From contig QPMI01000517.1 of the NCBI GenBank assembly GCA_004431415.1, positions 136,676-200,675 on the forward strand: a stretch of 64,000 nucleotides of DNA, given 5' to 3'. Origin of the DNA: Cyanophora paradoxa CCMP329 (taxonomy: Eukaryota > Plantae > Glaucophyta). The stretch's first letter is position 1, and each line of letters opens with the position of its first letter. Below the pieces are notes generated by a model. That model was not told where the DNA came from. It worked only from the letters and a program-made list of their open reading frames with translations, and did not search any database. Positions 58,126 through 64,000 of this stretch are shown here, piece by piece. The position numbers were made by a program, and so were the translations under genes.

Positions 58126-59273
58126 ATGGCGTCTGCCTTCTGCACTTCTGTGCCCCAAGCGGCGGCGCGATGCGCGCCGGATGTCTCGTCCGTGTCTCTG
58201 CGGACCCCCTTAATCGCGCGGCCGGCCTCCCTGAAGTCGAGCGAGTCGGAAGTCGCTGGCTCGCGGCACTTCGCGGCCCGGAGGCCCGCCGTGCGGTTCC
58301 AGGCGAACGAGCGCTTCACAGTTGTCGCGGGCGTCCCCGCGCCGCGTTCTGCAGGCCCTGGTTCGCGGGCCGCACACGTGAAATATCATAGTCTCCGCCG
58401 ACAGCCGCCTTTGCGCTCGCAGATCAGGAGACGCCGGGAGGAGGTGCCGAGCCGATGGCAGAGCGCGGGAAGAACACCACGCGGACGCCGCCCCCCGATC
58501 TCCCGTCCCTCCTCCTCAACGACCGCATCGTCTACGTCGGCATGCCGCTTGTGCCGGCCGTGACGGAGCTCATCATTGCCCAGCTTCTCTTCCTGCAGTT
58601 CGAGCAGCCGAACAAGCCCGTCGTTATGTACATCAACTCGACTGGTTCTCAGAACGGCGGCGGCGAGCCCGTGGGCGCGGAGACCGAGGTCTTTGCGATC
58701 TGCGATACGGTCGGCCTTTCTTTCCTTTTGCCATCCGTTCCTTCGCACCGCCAACCCGGCTGTCTGCCTGCAGATGGGCTACGTGAAGCCGCCCGTGCAG
58801 ACGATCTGCATTGGCCAGGCGTACGGCACCGCGGCGATGCTCCTCGCGTGTGGCGTCAAGGGCTACCGCGGCGCGCTGCCGAACTCGACGATCATGCTGC
58901 ACTCGGCGCGGCTCGGGGCACAGGGCCAGGCGACGGACATGGTCATCCGGCTGCGCGAGGCGATGGCGAACAAGAAGCTCATGGTGGAGATCCTTGCGGA
59001 GAGGACAGGCAACAGCGAGGAAAAGGTCGACGCCGACCTCGGCCGCCGCCTCTACATGACCGCCGACGAGGCCGCCGGTTCGCCCGCCCTTCTATCTGCC
59101 CCGGCCTGACCGGACCCGAGAGAGAGGCATCTGGCCTGACCCGCGGCGTTTGCGCAGGGTACGGCATCGTGGACAAGGTTCTGAAGGGCAAGTCGCGGTC
59201 GCGGGTGTCGGCGCAGGCGCAGGAGATCCGCGATTTCGCGCAGGTCTCAGCTTCGAACAAAGGCCTCGGCTAA
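58126..59273 (+). CDS. clpR: Plastid-targeted ClpR (non-catalytic ClpP-like subunit)
   Basis: Transit peptide MASAF..; RTPPPDLPSLLL.RIVY.G.PL, YINSTG, ETEVFAICDT. The catalytic Ser position reads QAYGTAA. Confidence 0.88.
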
Positions 59274-59612
59274 GCGCCTTTCTGTACAATCCTGTATGTA
59301 CTAGCATCCCCCGTACTTTCTTTCTTTTCCGTCTGGACTGCACAGCAGCGCGGGGGGAGGGCCGGCGGGCTAGCTGTCTGCCTAGCTGTACGGCTAGCTG
59401 TCGGGCTAGCGCTAGCTTGAGGGCCCGGCGGCGGGGCCGTCCCGCTTGATCGAGGCTGACTTCTCGAGGTCTGCGTGTCCGGGTTCGGGCCGGGGGCCGC
59501 TCGGTATCAGGGGCAGCGGCGGCGGCGCCCAGGAGGCAGCCCACGACCCGCGGCCGGGCGATGCGGGGGCTAGTTCTATCTAGCCCCGCTAGCTCTGCAG
59601 CTCTAGCTAGCT

Positions 59613-61090
59613 TCACGCAGACAGGCCCGGGGCCCAGGCGCGCGCACCGGCCTTGAATGCGTCTGAGGAGGCCATGTAGGTCTCCGTCATCTATGCGGGG
59701 GAGCCAGGATGGTCAGGTCGGCATCAGGGCGTGTGGCCAGGCCTAGGGCGGGCGGGGACTCCGGGGATCTAGAAGCCTGTGGGGAAGAGGCAAAGGGCGG
59801 ACCATCGCAATGAACTCTTCCACATTGATCTCCGCGCTGCGGCCGGGGCGGGGCGGGGCGGGATCGGATCGGATTCGAATTCAAATCGAATTAATTCGGC
59901 GCACTCGTTGTTCACGTCGTATTTCAGGAACAGGTCTGTGAGGTCCTCGCCAGAGAATCCTTTACCCTGGAACGCGTCCCGGATCTCCTCGGGGGAGAGC
60001 GCCCTGCGGGGGTACGTGGGCATGAGGGCGGGGGGAGAAGGGGGGGCGGAAGTCGGGGGCGAAGTGGGGGCGGAAGTCGGGGGGTGGGGGGGGGGGGGGG
60101 TGGGGGGGTGGGGGGGGGGGGGGGGGGGGGGGGGGGGCGGGAAGGGGGGGCGGGGGAGTAGGCAAGCAAGTAAGGGCTGTGACGCACCCGCTGCCGTCAG
60201 TGTCGTACCTTCGCGGTCGTTCGAGCGGCCAGTCAGTCAGTGGATGTATCAGGCGGTGGGAAGGGAGGGCCCCCGGGGGCCCCCGCGCGGCCCAGGCCAT
60301 GGCGCACATGCTAAAGAGGGAGCGGATGCGGTCCAGCTGCTCCGCCGTGAACTTGGGCGGCTCGGGGGGCGCCTGCCCGCCCGGTCCGGCCTCCCGTCAG
60401 CTCGCTACCGGTACCCCCCGGGAAGTAGCAAGGGGGAGGGGTACGGGGGCGGGCGCGCCTCGACGCCCTTGGGGTGCGTCCACTCGAGCATGATATTGTA
60501 GTCCTTCTTGGTGCCCATCGGCCAGACGGCCTGAAACGAAGGAAGGAAGAAGCCATGAGGCTCAGAACCGCGCACAGCTAACAGGCCCCGTACCTTTATC
60601 AGGTCGAGGAAGCTGATCTTCTGCTTCTTGATCTCCTTGAGCGTGTCCCCGAGGTGCTGAGGGCGAGGTTAGATTTGATCCGCCGGGCGCCGGCCGCGGT
60701 GCCCGGCCCGGCGGACCTGGGCGAGGGTCTGCCAGCGGCCCTTCTCGTTGCGGATGCCGAGGTTGATCTCGACGACGGAGACGTCGCCGCTCTCGTCCGT
60801 GTCGAACTTGTCGAAGATGCACTTAAGTTCTATAACCTCGGCCTTGCTGTACGAGATGCGTTTCGCCTTCAGCCCGGTCTGCTCTGCGTCTCAGCTGGGC
60901 CCGGGGTGGCCGCGCGCGCGCGGGGGCGAACCTGGCCGAAGGAGAGGTCCCTGGCGAGCACGGGAAGCCCGTCGGGCCCGATCTGCATGCCCGCGCGCTT
61001 TGCCAGCTCGGCGCCCGTCACTCTCGCCACGACAACCTTTTGCTGGCTGGGAGGGGCCAGCGGCACCCGCTGCGGCGCTTTCGGCGGCAT
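59613..61090 (-). CDS. EF-hand calcium-binding protein, multi-exon (3' end uncertain)
   Basis: FDKFDTDESGDVSVVE, YDTDGSG.ALSPEE, YDVNN..INVEEF. Confidence 0.78.
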
Positions 61091-61810
61091 TTCAAGCTCT
61101 AGAGATGATCAATGTTCGATCGGCTGGGCGCCCCGCTCGGACTGTTGTGCAGGCAGCTGCGCCGGTCGCGCGAGATGCCCCAAGCTCCCTAGCCGGCTTA
61201 GCTACGCGCTCGAGTCTCTCGCTCTGCCGGTATCTAATCCGATCGAAGCGTCGAACTACACGCGGACCGCGCCCGGACCGCTCTGCCGGTGTAACCGCCG
61301 CGCGCCCCCGGCCCTGCTTCAAGGCTTACGTGCTGGTTGCTAGCCTCGAGCTCGCGCGCTCGAGAAGACCACGTTGAGAGATCGCTAGCCGCTGCGTTCC
61401 GGGATGCGCAACACCGCGCGCCTGGCAGCTGCAGCTCAATCCGCCGTGATTCGGGTACCCGCCTTCAGCTTGCGCATTCGCGCGCGCGCTGCGGCATGCA
61501 TGTACGACTGCACATCGATTCGTCAAGCCAGCTATCGATATCAATGCAGATGGCCTCGGCCGGTGCACGCGCACGCAGGCGATCGATTTCCCTCGCAGGC
61601 CCTAGGCACCCGTCTCGGAAGCGCGCGAAAGCTAGACATTGAAAGCGCCGCGGCGCCTCAGCGCCCCCGGCCCACCCGACCGTAACCGAGCCATCCATGT
61701 ATCGTTCCATTTACAGCGCCGGCCCGGGGGTCCCCGAGGGCGGCCAGCCACCCGGGGGAAAGGGCCGGGGAGGCCCTAGCTAGATCTAGAGGTTTTAGCT
61801 AGCTGGACGG

Positions 61811-64000
61811 CTAGAGGTCCTGGGCGTAGGGGTTCTTGCCGGTGCGAAGGAGCCGCTCCTCCACGAATTGGGTGCTCTGGTACATCCTCATATGAAGCGC
61901 GTGGTCCTGCGCCGCGATCTCAGATTGGAGAAGTTGGGGGGTGGGGGGGGGGGGGGGGGATGCGGGGTACGCGCCATCGGGCCCTGGTACCCCGGGATGT
62001 CGAGGTTCGAGGGGGCAGCCGCCCGCGCGTAGAGCGCGTACCCGGGGCCCAGGTCGGGGTCTGCTCAACGAAGAACGGAGCGAGTCAGGTGAGCGTGAGC
62101 GCCTTAGATCAAAGGCGAGGCGGGGGGCGTACAGGGCTGCTGGGGCCGGAGGTAGACGCCTGCGCGCGAAAACCCTTAAGCGGCGGCGGGGCGGGGCGGG
62201 GCGGGGCGGGCGTCCCAAGCCAAAAAGCCAAACCCCAACTCACCGTGGAGCACGGGCTGCCCCGAGGCAGAGCGCGGCTGTGTCTGCGAGAGCACGGCCG
62301 ACATCATCGATACGGCCGCGCTCCCCGCCGTGCTCCCCGCCGGGTCATCGCCGGCCGAGGTGGCGGCGGCCGCCGCCGCCGCCACCGCCGCCTCTTCCTC
62401 AGAGGGGGCGGGCGCCGGGGCCGGCTCGGCCGCGTCGGACCGGGCCCCGAGGGAGGCCCCGAGGGCGGCGCCCGTGCCGGTCGCGCTCCCAGGAGCCGAG
62501 CGGTACGTTTCAATCTTGGGCTTCAGCTCCTCGCCCCGAAGATTGACGTACCTGTCGGAGGATTAAGGGGGGAGGGGGGGTAGAGGAGCGGGCGGGAGGA
62601 CAAAAGGCGTACCCCTCCTGCTGCTCGAGCTCCTTCGTGAAGACGGAGGGGGGGTACACGAGGTCCACGGGCCGGGCCTCGCCCTTGAAGTGCTTCGTGT
62701 ACAGGCTGCGCGAGCGAGCGCGGCGCGCGTCCGTAGTTAGCGGCCGGCCCCTCTGCGATAAGAGGCGGACGCGGGACAGGGGGTACGCTATGCAGGGCTG
62801 CGCATGAGAGACGCTGGCTGCCTTTGGGATACGAGGCGGAGGCGGAGGCAGAGGGGGGGGGGGGCGGGGGGGGGGGGGGCGAGCTATGCAGGACCAGCTA
62901 GACGGGGCGTCGGCGCATGCCCCGAGCTTCAAGGGCAGGGCCGCCGCTCAAAGCTGTCTGCTGCGCCGCTATGTCCCGCCCCGCCGCTATCGCCGGCGGG
63001 CCGCCGCTCACAGGTATTCGATCTAGAGGGGAGCTCGGGGGCGGCGGGGCGCGGCGAATGCGGCCCAAGCAGAGCTAACTGAGGGGTTACGCACTCTGAG
63101 ACATCCGGAGGCGGCGGCGCGACGCGTGCCGGCTTCTCGGGCGGCTGAGCGTGGGCACCGCATCAGACAACAGCGCGGGTGGCACGGTAGAGCGAGCGAG
63201 GTCGCCGCGCACCGGCGGCGGGGGCAGGCCACCCGCAAAGCGCGGGTCGTATCGCTTCTCCCAATCTCGCCTCACCAGCGTCTCGCGCATCTGCACCCGG
63301 CGCCCGCCGAGCCGGCCGCGTCAGCCGAGGCGCGGCGATCCGGCGGAGGGGCCGCGCGGGCGGCGCACGATCTGCTCCTCGTACGCCTTCATCGCCGAGT
63401 TCGTCCACATCTTGAAAGGCTGGTCCCTAGCAGCCTGCTAGCCAAAGACGCTGGATTCTACGAAGCGTGCTGTACTGTGCGCTGGAGAGCGCCGGCTAGG
63501 CTTTGTGCTCTTTGCTGGAATAGGCAACGTGTGCGGGTGGTGCGGTCGCAGGGTCGGAATCAACAGGTGCTACTTGTGGCACAAGCGAGTGTACCCCCCG
63601 ACCGCTCTGCGAAAGTCCTGCGAGTCCTGCTTCCTTCCACGCCGGGAAATGGCGCTCTTGCCCTGGCCGCAGGCTGTAGGCGCGCCTTCGCTCGCTTACC
63701 TCTTCGCCACGTACGCGCTCTTCCTCGTGAAGGGCGCTCAAATGCTTTCTCGAGCTGGCGAGGAGCTCCTCCCCGTCGTCAAGCGGCCAGGTGAGCGCTC
63801 TGTCGTCGCGGAAGCTGCGCCCTAGCGAGCGGGCACGCGCGCACTGCGTCGAACTACAATCTTGGATGCCGCGCACATGGACAAGAGCTGATGGAGGCGC
63901 GTGCGCAGGTTACGTGGGAGCCATTCTTATCCCAGTCCTCTCGAACCTTCCGGACGCGGCGATCGTCCTGTTCTCGAGGTGCAGCGCGACACGAGCTGCG
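61811..64000 (-). CDS. Hypothetical multi-exon gene; start at or beyond the right window edge
   Basis: Exon-like blocks SLYTKHFKGEARPVDLVYPP, YVNLRGEELKPKIETY and QDHALHMRMYQSTQFVEERLL..QDL* with canonical splice sites. Confidence 0.5.

Overview
GC-rich eukaryotic nuclear DNA with short spliceosomal introns. A nucleus-encoded cyanobacterial-type ClpR whose transit peptide starts MASAF suggests a primary-plastid alga, possibly a glaucophyte (inference). The left 28.8 kb is a nested transposon stack. A giant APE-RT-RNase H non-LTR retrotransposon (LINE-A, >18.3 kb, starts before the window, ends in an A12 tail) is followed by a related, more compact element (LINE-B). LINE-B is interrupted by a 2.6-kb CACTA element (GAG TSD) carrying a spliced TnpA/Tnp1-like gene remnant, and its 3' end abuts a truncated photolyase duplicate. 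The most unusual feature is in LINE-A: its RNase H domain is split by ~3.6 kb of mostly in-frame coding sequence that includes a Ulp1/C48-like protease fold lacking the catalytic His and Cys. The middle holds a secreted Ser-Pro-rich gene, a near-perfect 54-nt hairpin, and a higher-order ~149-bp satellite array enclosing a degraded gene-like insert. The right part holds host genes: class II CPD photolyase, Tup1-like WD40 corepressor, ClpR, an EF-hand protein and several hypotheticals. Many introns use GC donors. All domain calls are by motif recognition, not database search.
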